Assembly (NCBI GenBank): GCA_965261545.1 | Contig: CBDHDF010000011.1 | Location: forward strand, 352,001-416,000 | Length of the DNA: 64,000 bases | Direction: 5' to 3' | DNA from: Bdellovibrionales bacterium | GTDB lineage: Bacteria > Bdellovibrionota > Bdellovibrionia > Bdellovibrionales > UBA1609 | Shown here: one piece after another, positions 1 to 10,038 of the stretch | How the letters are laid out: every line of letters starts with the position of its first letter | Position numbering within the stretch: position 1 is the stretch's first letter | Notes under the pieces: generated by a model | Databases searched by the model: none | What the model saw: the letters and a program-made list of their open reading frames with translations, nothing else | What the model was told of the DNA's origin: nothing | Position numbers and translations under genes: made by a program

Positions 1-914
1 GAAAAAAGCCGCTATCAATTGGAAACATCCAAATATTTGTGTCACTCGCCAATGTGAGTTGCTAGGACTCTCTAAGGGAGCCTTGTACTACAAGCCCATA
101 CCTGAGAGTGCCTACAACTTAAAACTGATGAGTTTAATTGACAAACAGTACTTGGAGACCCCTTTTTATGGGAGCCGTAAAATGGCAGCTCACTTAAGAC
201 TTAATGGCCATGGGGTCAACCGCAAGAGGATTCAGCGGCTCATGGAAAAGATGTGTCTTTTCGCTATCTTCCCAGGTCCAAACACCAGTCAGCGAAACCA
301 TCAGCATAAGGTTTATCCCTACCTACTTAAGGGGCTTAATATCTGCTTCCCCAACCAAGTGTGGGCTACTGATATTACTTTTATAAGGTTGTCTGGTGGC
401 TTTGCTTACTTGGTAGCTGTGATAGATTGGTTTAGCCGATTTGTTCTGTCTTGGAGACTTTCTAATAGCCTTGAGACAACTTTTTGTTTAGAAGTCTTTG
501 AGGAAGCCATAGAAACATTTGGTTGCCCTGATATCGTCAATACTGATCAAGGGTGCCAATTCACTTCTGAGGTTTTCACAAAATTATTGAAAAATCATGG
601 AATCTCGATCAGTATGGACGGCAAAGGCAGGTGTTTAGACAACATCATGATCGAGCGGCTTTGGCGGTCTGTTAAGTACGAAGAGGTTTACTTGAAAGGC
701 TATCAAGACAAATCAATGGTTCAAGCCAACAAAGGTTTTAAAACGTATTTTAATTTTTATAATAATAAAAGGCCACACCAGTCTCTTCAGGATTGCACCC
801 CTTATCAGGTGCATATGGGAGAGGTGGATTTAACACATTAACACGGGGCTTCTTTGTGCGCTGTGGTGTAGCTTAAAAATCAAGTTTTTCAGTCTGACAT
901 TGGGGTCCACCTCA
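1..914 (+). mobile_element. IS3-family element, 5'-partial (runs off the window); orfB integrase-core transposase 59..841
   Basis: The DDE/rve motifs WATDIT, NTDQG and DNIMIERLW are present. The right IR ends ...TTGGGGTCCACCTCA at 914. It is near-identical to the full copy at 39785-41064. Confidence 0.95.
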
Positions 915-2057
915 TTTCCTAAGAGCAAATCTTTTAGGGTCTTTGTAGGGGGTGTCATTACTTATGACTGAATAAACAACTCCCATCATTTTGTGACCAA
1001 CGGCAATCACTGATCTCTTGTGCCCACGCCTTATAACAAGTGATTGGTATTTGCCTTTGAATTGTGAATTCGTCTTAATAGCACTATTGGCCATCTCACA
1101 TACCAACGATTTCACATATGTGTTCGCTTTCCTCGTTCGTGAAGACTTTTTTTTTCCTGCGCTCTCATTATTGGATGGGCAAATCCCCATCCAGGAGCAA
1201 AAATTTCCTTTATTTTTAAAAGACTTCACATTGCCTCCTATTTCTGCAATCAAAAGCGCTGCACTTAATTCGTCAATTCCAGGTATAGTCTGGAGTAGAT
1301 GCCACTGCCTTTCATAGGGTTTCATACGAATGAAAAGTTCTTCTTCAATTTGAGAGCATTCTTTTTTCAAAAAATCTATTCGATCAAGAATGCGTTGAAG
1401 AACAAAACGATTTTCTTCCGTCATCTTTCCCGACAGGGCGTAAGAAAATTCTTCGGTCTTTTGACGTAAAGACCCTCTGGCAAGAGACATCAATTTAGAA
1501 ACTGATCTCTCTCCATTAGCTATGGCACGAATCATGGCCATACCAGATACGCAGTCAGCTTTAGACATTGCATAGGTTAAACGAATGCCTGAATATTCAA
1601 GAACCTTATACATACGATTTTGTTCCGAAGATATTTGGCGGATCGTTTTTGTACGATAACGAGCCAAAAGTCTAATAGAACGAATCTCACGTGGAGGAAT
1701 GAAGCTAGCTCTTAGAAGACCACAAGCACCAAGCTCTGCAATCCACTGGCTATCCAACACGTCAGTTTTTTTACCAGTAATATTTTTGACATGAAAGGCA
1801 TTGATAACATCTACTTCATAACCTTTTTCTGTCAAATCATCGTATAAAGAATTCCAATAAATCCCTGTGCTCTCAAAAAGAACTCTCTCAACCTTATGTG
1901 GCTTCATCCAAGAGCGCATTCTAGGAAAATTTTTTGGAAAATTCTTGAACTCTTTTGTGAAAAACTTCTTCTTACCGTCTTCCACTTTGACAATCGTACA
2001 CATCAACATATGTTGATGAACATCTATTCCACAAACAGAACTATAAATAATATCCAC
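912..2057 (-). CDS. IS110-family DEDD recombinase/transposase; its stop codon lies in the adjacent IS3 end, so it may be C-terminally clipped
   Basis: Motifs CGIDVH, FESTGIYW, KKTDVLDS, TIPGI and GICPSNNESAGK; AGGAGG RBS at 2064-2069. Confidence 0.93.
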   Translation of the reverse strand: MDIIYSSVCGIDVHQHMLMCTIVKVEDGKKKFFTKEFKNFPKNFPRMRSWMKPHKVERVLFESTGIYWNSLYDDLTEKGYEVDVINAFHVKNITGKKTDVLDSQWIAELGACGLLRASFIPPREIRSIRLLARYRTKTIRQISSEQNRMYKVLEYSGIRLTYAMSKADCVSGMAMIRAIANGERSVSKLMSLARGSLRQKTEEFSYALSGKMTEENRFVLQRILDRIDFLKKECSQIEEELFIRMKPYERQWHLLQTIPGIDELSAALLIAEIGGNVKSFKNKGNFCSWMGICPSNNESAGKKKSSRTRKANTYVKSLVCEMANSAIKTNSQFKGKYQSLVIRRGHKRSVIAVGHKMMGVVYSVISNDTPYKDPKRFALRK

Positions 2058-2085
2058 ATGACTCCTCCTTTCTGTTAGAAAAAAA

Positions 2086-2272
2086 GAAGGTGATAAAACT
2101 AGAGCCTTGGGATTTTGCCATAAATTCTAAAGCGAAAATAGGTCAACTTACTATACGTCCATACACTCAGAGTGCAGGTACATGCGTGGGTTCGATCCAA
2201 AGCTCAAGACCATGTTACTTCACGGAATTAAAATTACCAATCTATTCAACGGCCACTCATCTTATCACCTTC
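2086..2272 (-). ncRNA. Candidate IS110 bridge-type RNA in the non-coding left end
   Basis: An 11-bp inverted repeat (GAAGGTGATAA 2086-2096 / TTATCACCTTC 2262-2272) encloses a nested stem (2102-2110 / 2197-2205). The structure lies directly 5' of the IS110 gene. Confidence 0.5.
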
Positions 2273-2471
2273 CAATAATGTTATTGCTTTATCCTTTATT
2301 GTATCGGAATCATACATGACAAAAATACCATCAAAAGTCCAGAGTAACTAAAAGAGGCCAATTATATAGACCAGCGAAGCTGTCCACCGAGTTGCTTCGT
2401 GCAAAGAAGTGGGGGCCTAGATAAGATTCATGGGCGTGGGTGGGGAAGCAAGGCGCCCCCATGAATGTTAC

Positions 2472-4214
2472 AAGAATGGATCGGTGAGCCCATCTTACCA
2501 TGGCTTGCGGCTTACGAACTAAAGAGGGAAGGATATGTTCAAGAAGAAGACTATGCTCCCCATCAGGTTTTCTTTGATGGCGAGCGACAATTTCTTGCTT
2601 CCCTCCTGCACGATAGATCGTGACATGATAGGGACCCTGTACGGTTTTACAGGGAGATTGGATCACCTCATCAGGTATGGAATATGTGGTTTTACCTATT
2701 CTCAAAGTCCCATAACCATTACTTTGACAAATATTCACCTTACAGAGAATATCTTCATCTCGTGGAGGCAAAGGCTTAAGAACTTTGGCCTCCTCCTCAA
2801 AGCGAGATTTGGTGGAGTCACTCTGATGCTGATCCATATAAGACTCTAAAAACTGATTCAAATGATCCCAGTCTTTAAAAACAATTCCTTTGTTTCTAAC
2901 AATATTTTTTATCCGAGAACTGAAGGTTCGAATATCACGCTCCACATCTCCCTTGTCAGAGCCCTTCCCTGCGCGGCAGGGAAGAACCTTAAATCCATAG
3001 TATTGGATGGCTCGATCAAAAGATTGGGTGTAAATTCGCTGATTTCCTTTAAGAACTTTCTTCACACAGGGAGATAAATTATCAATACGGATGTTCGCAC
3101 TCATCCCACCTATCTTTTCAAAAAAAGCATGCACCCCATCGATGAAACACTCATAGACAAGAAAGGGGTAGGCACGAACCCAACAGGTGCCACTACAAGG
3201 CAATGTTCCAAAATGGAGATGAACGATCTGAACACCATCGGCAAATGGTAAAGCAACCTTCTCCTTAAAATCAAACTGAGCCTGTTCTCCAGGATCATAT
3301 CTTTGGCTGAAAAAACGCTCCTTGGGGCGAGAACCAAGAATCTCACAAACTCTTCTCTGAACCGTTCTCTCACTCCCACGATAACCCTCCTCAACTAATA
3401 GCTCATATATTTCACGGGCGGTGTTACTTGGGTTCAACTTCAAAAAGTACTTCACCCGATCCATATATCCATTAAGGGGATCTGGGCGAGTTCTTTTGGA
3501 CCTCGCCTTGTACTTCGGTGGGGTGTTGGACTCACAGTACTTGCGCACCGTCTTACGATTGATCCCTAATTCACGAGATATTTCTGTCTTATTTTTACCA
3601 CTGTGACTCAGGTCACGAATGCGGCCGAAAGTGTATTGACTAATCATAAGATCCTCCTCATTGCTAACCTTTTGAGTTGCAAGAGGGAGGGACTCTGTGA
3701 GCTTAGTATCTATATCAGAAGAAGAGACTTCATTGTCTAGTATTTGAACACTCCCTGAAGATTGGTCACTTTTCATTGGCGACAACCTCCATATTGAAAG
3801 TGGGACATTTTAATTGGCGACGGCTTTAAGGGAAGCCTGTCTTTAGAAAGAAATTCCATGAAAATTGAGGCAAATGTTGGAATCTTGTGGAATTTAAATA
3901 CTTTAGAAAATGGGCACAGCCTAAACAGGCTTTTCTTGACTATATATTTAACCTCATTGAAATCCAGAAACAGTCTACAAATGACAAATATGGAACCTGA
4001 ATAGGCTGTCATGGAAGGACTCTCCAACACGGAGCCCCTTTCCAGGTCGACAAGAACCCAAAAGGAGTTCTTATCAGCTCGGAGCCTTTTTATGAGTAAT
4101 ATCAATTGATTATATGCGTCTCGGTTGACAATGCCAAAAATCACCATAGGTCCTCCTCTGAAAAGTGGCCACTTTTCATTGGCGACGGTGGGGCATTTTA
4201 ATTGTCAGCTAACA
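2472..4214 (-). mobile_element. istA: IS21-family element A, left part; istA truncated at about 2472
   Basis: The left end TGTTAGCTGACAATTAAAATG is at 4214. IstA matches the 36416..38017 copy up to RWAHRSIL and then diverges. Confidence 0.92.
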
Positions 4215-4919
4215 ACTCTCAAAACTACCTATCATTTGAATAGCATTGGCGATTTCGTTGAGGGCGGGAGAATAGCAAAGATTCTTTGTCACACCCGATA
4301 AAACGTCATAAGCATGAGATAGATACATACGTAAGAAATGAGTTTCCATCTCATTTGGGCAAGGGTACCCACAATAACCCTCCTTTAAAAGATCTTTAGA
4401 GCGAGGAAGTGCTAATTGGTCGCCATCTATGGCATAGATATAAAAACCATGAAACGTTTTTCTCAATGGTTCGTAGTCTGTAATCAGAGATTCAAAGATA
4501 TTTTTAAAAAATAGGTAAGAAATACTTTGACGTATCTTGCTGAGACTGCTTTTGACTGGCATGAGAAGCAGGTCACCAAAATGAGTCCATACCGTCTTAA
4601 GAGCGATTTGGTAGCCTTCGTAATTTGTTCCGGAAATAAGATAGATAATGGTAAAAAAGAAAATTTGAGGATTAAATTTTCGATTCCTTTTTTGTTTTTC
4701 TGGATCGACAAGGTGCTCTGGCTTGAAGGAAGAATCAAGTTTTGGTAGAATAAAATGGTCATCTGTGACGCGAACTCGTCATTTGGGGGCTTTCGAGATC
4801 AATATTGGATTGCATGTGACTTACTCCTTGGTTGAGGGTTGGGTGTAAAATAAAACAAGTCTTATTCTTGTCGATTTATCTAATAATTTCAAGAGATTTT
4901 TCTTAAGGAAACGGCATTG
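4215..4919 (-). mobile_element. IS4-family element, 5' part only, cut by IS21-A
   Basis: The IR CAATGCCGTTTCCTTAAG ends at 4919 and the YAIDG motif is present. It matches the intact copy at 18493-19909. Confidence 0.92.
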
Positions 4920-5195
4920 TTCCATACCCTATACTTTAAAAATTGGCAGGAACTCCTCGCCATAATGGCTTATGGGATTAAGCCTATTGCTGCCTCAGAT
5001 GTTTTCGACACATCATGAGCAGCCATTTTTCTCAAAGTGCCCCAAAGAGTTTAACGTATTTGCCCTAAACTAAAGTCTGGACATTCGCCTCTAAATGGCG
5101 AAGACGGGGAGGTTTACCTTATTCGATGCAGTGCAATTCTCACACTGAGATTTGGAGGAATTTCAATGTTTTTTCAAGCTCGGCGGGAATTTCTG
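4920..5195 (+). mobile_element. Right-end fragment of the DDE (IS4-like/ISNCY) element seen whole at 54524-56166
   Basis: Essentially identical to about 55890-56166; ends GGCGGGAATTTCTG. Confidence 0.9.
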
Positions 5196-5351
5196 GAGCT
5201 CTGACAGAACTGTTGCATTGTGTTGTTTTCGATGTTACACTTTCACCAAATTAAAACTCATACAATGATAGTCATACTCTCGACTTAATAATTCTTGCGA
5301 TAGCTTTCATTCATTGTGACTTTAAAATTCTTAATCTTTGAGGAGACTTCC

Positions 5352-8300
5352 ATGCTTTTAAATTGGATTCGATTTTGTGTCTTTTCGCTGGCAGCCGTCA
5401 CCATGGTGATACAGATCACAACTTCATATGTATATGCCAACGAGCCGGAAAGAAAAGAAGAATTGATCTCTACGATTTCTACAATCATGAGGGGGCAAGA
5501 AAGAGACCCTCGAGCTCTTTCAGAAATGGCCAAAGAACTTGGCCAGTACCGATATTCTGAAGTTAAAGATGCTCTCTTATTTCTTCTCATAAGCCAACTC
5601 AAAGTAGACAGGCCCAACACTTATATTCTCAATGCCGCCCTCACCTCTCTGGGAGCTATGGGCAATACTGAAACCTTGGAAGAATTAAAAGGAATAAACG
5701 AAAACCTTATTGATGGAAAAGTAGATTCACGTTCAAGCATCTATGTCCTCCAAGCTTTTCAAGAGGCAAAACATCAAATGACAAGCCACAATCACATTCT
5801 GCCCTCCCTCTATGGGGAAGCAGATCAAAATGACACCTCTAGAGGAGACAAAGATAACATTGGCAATAGCAATAACAACAAGGATGCAAAGAAGGGGAGG
5901 AAACTTGAAAAAGAAAAGCGAGAGGGCGAATCCTATGGTGATTGGATCAAACGCCTGATGATGAAGGGAGACCCCAATGCTCAGATTCTTGACCGGATCG
6001 CCTCTCATATTCTCAATGACCAAGTCCAAGCGCGCCAAGGTGAAGAGCATTCCTTTTCTGTTTTTGGCCGAGAAAAGGAGACACAAGAGTTGGCTGAGAA
6101 ATTGGCTCGTTTCAAGGCTCGTTCACCTGTTCTCGTTGGACCTGCGGGAGCAGGTAAAACCACAGTGGTCCTTAAGCTCGCCGAAATGATTGAAAAGGAT
6201 CAAATCAATCCAGATATGGTCTTTGATAATATCAGAAATTGCATCATCTTGGAAACAACTCCGGCTGCCATTTCCACTCTCGCTCTTTCCGACAATCCAA
6301 CAGCTCAAGCCCAAGCCCTAGAGCAGTTCCTAGAGGCTGTGGAAGAATTTCAAAAACAACACAACCAAAAAATTATCGTTTTTATAGATGAACTCCACAA
6401 TCTCCACGACGCCCAAGTGGAGGCCCTTAAACCTGCCTTGGATTCCCACCTCCGTGATATTCGCTTTATTGGAGCAACAACTCATCCTGAATTTGAACTT
6501 AAATTTAAGCACAATAATGCTGCACAAAGAAGATTTTCGCTCATCCCTGTCAAGGAGTTTACCAAAGAGCAGATGATGGAAATTCTTGAAAAATCTTGGT
6601 ATCCCATACTCAAGGAGCATTTCAATGTGGAATTCTCCCGAGAAGCCACCGAGGCCATTGTCAACCACTCTATCTCTGTTCAAAGTGCCGGGGGTCCCAT
6701 TGATACGTCCATTAAAACCATGCAAGACATGGCCATTCATGCACGAAGTATGACTCCCAACCAAAAAACTCCCTTTTCCATCAATGAAGACAATGCCTAC
6801 AAATTTATTCAAGAAAAAACGGATCTCCCCGCAGATCCTAAAGATGGACCCCAGTTTAAAAGTTTCTTGGACCAATGGAGAACTGAACTTAACCAGGAAA
6901 TCTTGGGCCAAGAAAAAGCCATTGAATCTCTCACAAGAAACCTCTCCCTTCTCTTCTTCGACGAAGAAAAAAGAGTGTCCCCCGTGATTCTCCTCGGCCC
7001 CACAGGTGTTGGCAAAACCGCTCTTGCCAATGCCATTGCAAGGGTTGTTTTTAAGAACCCTCAAGCTGTTTTAGAGGTGGATGCCAACTCTCTTAAAACC
7101 GGTGGTTTCTCAATGAATAGCCTTTTAGGGGCTCCCAATGGAGTTATATCAAGCGATAAGACTTCAGGGCGCCTTATGGAGTGGTTGGAGGACCCTGCCA
7201 AAGGAAAACAAGGAGGTGTGCTCATTATCAATGAAGCTGAAAGAGCTTCCACAGATTTCTGGGAGGGCCTTATGGAGTTTTTTGACAAAGGTGTTATCAC
7301 TGGTGGAGATGGACGAACTCGCACCGTCAATAACATTTTAGTGATTCTTACAAGCAACCAAGGTCATGAAATTCTTTATCCCGAAGGCATTCACGCTTGG
7401 AGTGAAGCTGAGACCCAGAAACACCTCAATGGGTTTTCCCAGAAAGATCTTCGCGAACTCTTCGCTGAGCTCGATCCCTCTGTGCTAGGAAGAGTGGATG
7501 AATTGGTGGCTACCAATATTGTCAACAAAGAATTGGCTAAAAGAATCGCCCAAAAAACAATAGGGGAATGGATCGCCAAATACGAGAAGAATCAAAATAT
7601 TCAAATTGTCGTTTCAGAGGATTTTATAGATAAGTTGATGGAAATGGAGTTCAACATCCTAGAAGGGGCTCGTCCCATTAAGAGAAGAGTCCACGATGCC
7701 CTCAATCGTGTACGAGAAGCCTCCTACGATTGGAAGCTCCAACGGGGAGACAGCCTCCATGTCAGCCTTCACCAAGAGGGTCGAACTTTTCGCCTCCATG
7801 TGGCCCATGGAGATAAAGTGGTAAAAATGGAGACCCCCCTCGTTCCCAAACTCCACCCTTTGGATGACCCCGAGTTTAAGAAAAGAGTTGAGAACCTGGA
7901 CCAGCTCAACAAGCTCATTTTGGGGCAAGAGGAACTGGTGCAAGCAGTGAAAGACGCTGTTCTCTCCCACTACTCCTCTGAAAAGAGGCTTCGCCCTCTT
8001 TCGCTGGCTTTTGTGGGTCCAACGGGGCTAGGAAAAACAGAACTTATCAAAGCCCTTGCTAAGATCTGGTTCGGAAGTGAAAGTCGTTCAGCTATCATTC
8101 CCGTGGGAAACATTCAATACAGGGGGCAACTCAACAATATATTTGGTTCACCCAAGGGCCATGTGGGGTCCGAAGATATCAGTCTCTTTGAAAAAGCTCT
8201 GATCGACAATGCCCAGGGGGGGGTCATTGCCTTTGATGAATTTTCAAATATGGGTATGGCTGAATCATTTGGATCGGCTGGGTCTGGTAAATCGGCTGAA

Positions 8301-10016
8301 TCTGGTTTGAAAGCCACTTTGCTTCAAGATTTTTATCCCCTTATGGACGAGGGAAAATTCAAGTCCATTGCCACGGGCAAAGTCTATGATCTCTCCAAGT
8401 ATATCCTGATATTCACAGGAAATGACGGAGAAAGAATCTTTGAGGGCCTGCCCTATGATCTTCAGCAACAGCTATGGAAAAAGTTTAAGGAACGTCAAGA
8501 GGTCAGTCAAATTCTGCGCAATTCAGGAGCCACAGAAGCTTTTCTAGGACGGTTGTCAGATATTTTACTATTTAAGCCTCTAAGCCCCAAAAGTCTTTAC
8601 GACATCACTGAAAAATTCCTCGCGCCCTTGAGGGAAGAACTCCGTGAGCGCCATGTTGAGTTAACAGTGGAAGAAGGCTTTATAGAGAAACTTTCCACCA
8701 TATTTTTTCTCCCTGAGAAAGGGGCTCGGTCTATTCGAAGTTTTGTGGATGATATTTTAATGGGACATGTCAACAAGGTTCTTTTAAAAACTCAAGATCA
8801 AGGGATTCGCCGCATCCACCTTGAAATACATGATAGGGAAGACAAGGAAGACAGAGAAAACAGAGAAGTTCTTCTTAAAATAGAAGCCTTCTCAGAGAAC
8901 TCTGAAAAACCCATCTTAAGAGAAGGCATGGATGTGACCCATAAAGCGGCTCAGAAAACCCAACTAACTCCTGAAATGATCCAGCAGGTGGCCACCCATG
9001 AGGCTGGTCATGCCATTGTTGGCCATAGACTCCAAAAAACCGTCGAACTTATCAGCATTCGCTCAGGTAAAGGCATTGGAGGTTTTGTCAGCTTTAAGGC
9101 TACGGAAGGAGGACTTCCAGATCGACTCTATACCATATACGAAGTGGCCACGACTCTTGGAGGAAGACAATCCGAAGTGGAAATAGGAGCCTATTCCCTT
9201 AACCTAGGTTGGTCCTCAGACCTGAAACAAATTCAAGAGATAATTAAAAAATTTACCACTTCCAGTGGAAGGGATAAAAAACTCTTCAACAAAAGTGAGG
9301 CAAAGGGCGAGTCCGAGCAAATCTTCAAACATGCCCAAGAACTTGCAAGCAGTCTATTGATTGAAGAAAGGTCCTCTGTAGAAGACCTACGAGATCTTCT
9401 CATTGGGGAATTCACAATAGACCGGGGTGAATTTAAAGCCTTTATGAGAGATCAAAAGGAAAAGGAGAATCAAAGAAGTATACAACCCATCTCAGAAAAA
9501 AGATCTGAGGCTGTGCTTAAAAAGATCCAACTACTGATAGATTTAGATGCGGCCCTATGGAGTGGCAGCGATGATTTCTTAGCACGTTTTGTGCGTGAAA
9601 AATTGGCTCCCACTCTCCGTGAACTCTCTCAAGCCAAAATAAACAAAGCATCCCTCGAAGAAGACGTCTTACAGGCTGTATCCAAGCTTATTAAACAAGG
9701 AGAAACAGAAACAATCAAAGCCCTCATTACAGAGGTCTTCACTCAAGAGGATTGGAAAAAACATGCCGCATTACTTAGACCTTTGGTTCGGACAGGTCAC
9801 CCTGAAATATTACAAGTTATCAGAGAGAACCTACCTATTCATGAACAATGGTTCAAAGATATGATTCAAAGCAAAGATCCGAAAGCTAAAAAACCATCAC
9901 GTGGCGGAAATAGTGAAAGTGGTGAAAGGGCAGACCTTCAGAGTTCTTTCAAAGCAGGAGTCTTACCATGTGTTTCTGTGATCCCTTCTGGTAATAATTT
10001 GGTGAAGAGCCAATAA
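5352..10016 (+). CDS. Large ClpA/B-like protein with three AAA+ modules fused to a C-terminal FtsH-like M41 zinc peptidase; putative N-terminal signal peptide
   Basis: Walker A motifs GPAGAGKT (6138), GPTGVGKT (6996) and GPTGLGKT (8016). Walker B motifs VFIDE, LIINE and IAFDE; Clp-type ILGQE and GARPI/GARSI motifs. HEAGH (8997) is followed by LGGR.SE and GWSSD. The ATG at 5352 follows a GAGGAG RBS (the ORF track starts at GTG 5316). Confidence 0.85.
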   Translation: MLLNWIRFCVFSLAAVTMVIQITTSYVYANEPERKEELISTISTIMRGQERDPRALSEMAKELGQYRYSEVKDALLFLLISQLKVDRPNTYILNAALTSLGAMGNTETLEELKGINENLIDGKVDSRSSIYVLQAFQEAKHQMTSHNHILPSLYGEADQNDTSRGDKDNIGNSNNNKDAKKGRKLEKEKREGESYGDWIKRLMMKGDPNAQILDRIASHILNDQVQARQGEEHSFSVFGREKETQELAEKLARFKARSPVLVGPAGAGKTTVVLKLAEMIEKDQINPDMVFDNIRNCIILETTPAAISTLALSDNPTAQAQALEQFLEAVEEFQKQHNQKIIVFIDELHNLHDAQVEALKPALDSHLRDIRFIGATTHPEFELKFKHNNAAQRRFSLIPVKEFTKEQMMEILEKSWYPILKEHFNVEFSREATEAIVNHSISVQSAGGPIDTSIKTMQDMAIHARSMTPNQKTPFSINEDNAYKFIQEKTDLPADPKDGPQFKSFLDQWRTELNQEILGQEKAIESLTRNLSLLFFDEEKRVSPVILLGPTGVGKTALANAIARVVFKNPQAVLEVDANSLKTGGFSMNSLLGAPNGVISSDKTSGRLMEWLEDPAKGKQGGVLIINEAERASTDFWEGLMEFFDKGVITGGDGRTRTVNNILVILTSNQGHEILYPEGIHAWSEAETQKHLNGFSQKDLRELFAELDPSVLGRVDELVATNIVNKELAKRIAQKTIGEWIAKYEKNQNIQIVVSEDFIDKLMEMEFNILEGARPIKRRVHDALNRVREASYDWKLQRGDSLHVSLHQEGRTFRLHVAHGDKVVKMETPLVPKLHPLDDPEFKKRVENLDQLNKLILGQEELVQAVKDAVLSHYSSEKRLRPLSLAFVGPTGLGKTELIKALAKIWFGSESRSAIIPVGNIQYRGQLNNIFGSPKGHVGSEDISLFEKALIDNAQGGVIAFDEFSNMGMAESFGSAGSGKSAESGLKATLLQDFYPLMDEGKFKSIATGKVYDLSKYILIFTGNDGERIFEGLPYDLQQQLWKKFKERQEVSQILRNSGATEAFLGRLSDILLFKPLSPKSLYDITEKFLAPLREELRERHVELTVEEGFIEKLSTIFFLPEKGARSIRSFVDDILMGHVNKVLLKTQDQGIRRIHLEIHDREDKEDRENREVLLKIEAFSENSEKPILREGMDVTHKAAQKTQLTPEMIQQVATHEAGHAIVGHRLQKTVELISIRSGKGIGGFVSFKATEGGLPDRLYTIYEVATTLGGRQSEVEIGAYSLNLGWSSDLKQIQEIIKKFTTSSGRDKKLFNKSEAKGESEQIFKHAQELASSLLIEERSSVEDLRDLLIGEFTIDRGEFKAFMRDQKEKENQRSIQPISEKRSEAVLKKIQLLIDLDAALWSGSDDFLARFVREKLAPTLRELSQAKINKASLEEDVLQAVSKLIKQGETETIKALITEVFTQEDWKKHAALLRPLVRTGHPEILQVIRENLPIHEQWFKDMIQSKDPKAKKPSRGGNSESGERADLQSSFKAGVLPCVSVIPSGNNLVKSQ

Positions 10017-10038
10017 AATAAAGGGTGAAAGTTTTGAT

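Noticed and set aside
5316..10016. Annotation as ftsH, clpB or T6SS clpV
   Set aside because: Three NBDs plus M41 fit none of these, and there is no Clp N-domain or T6SS context.
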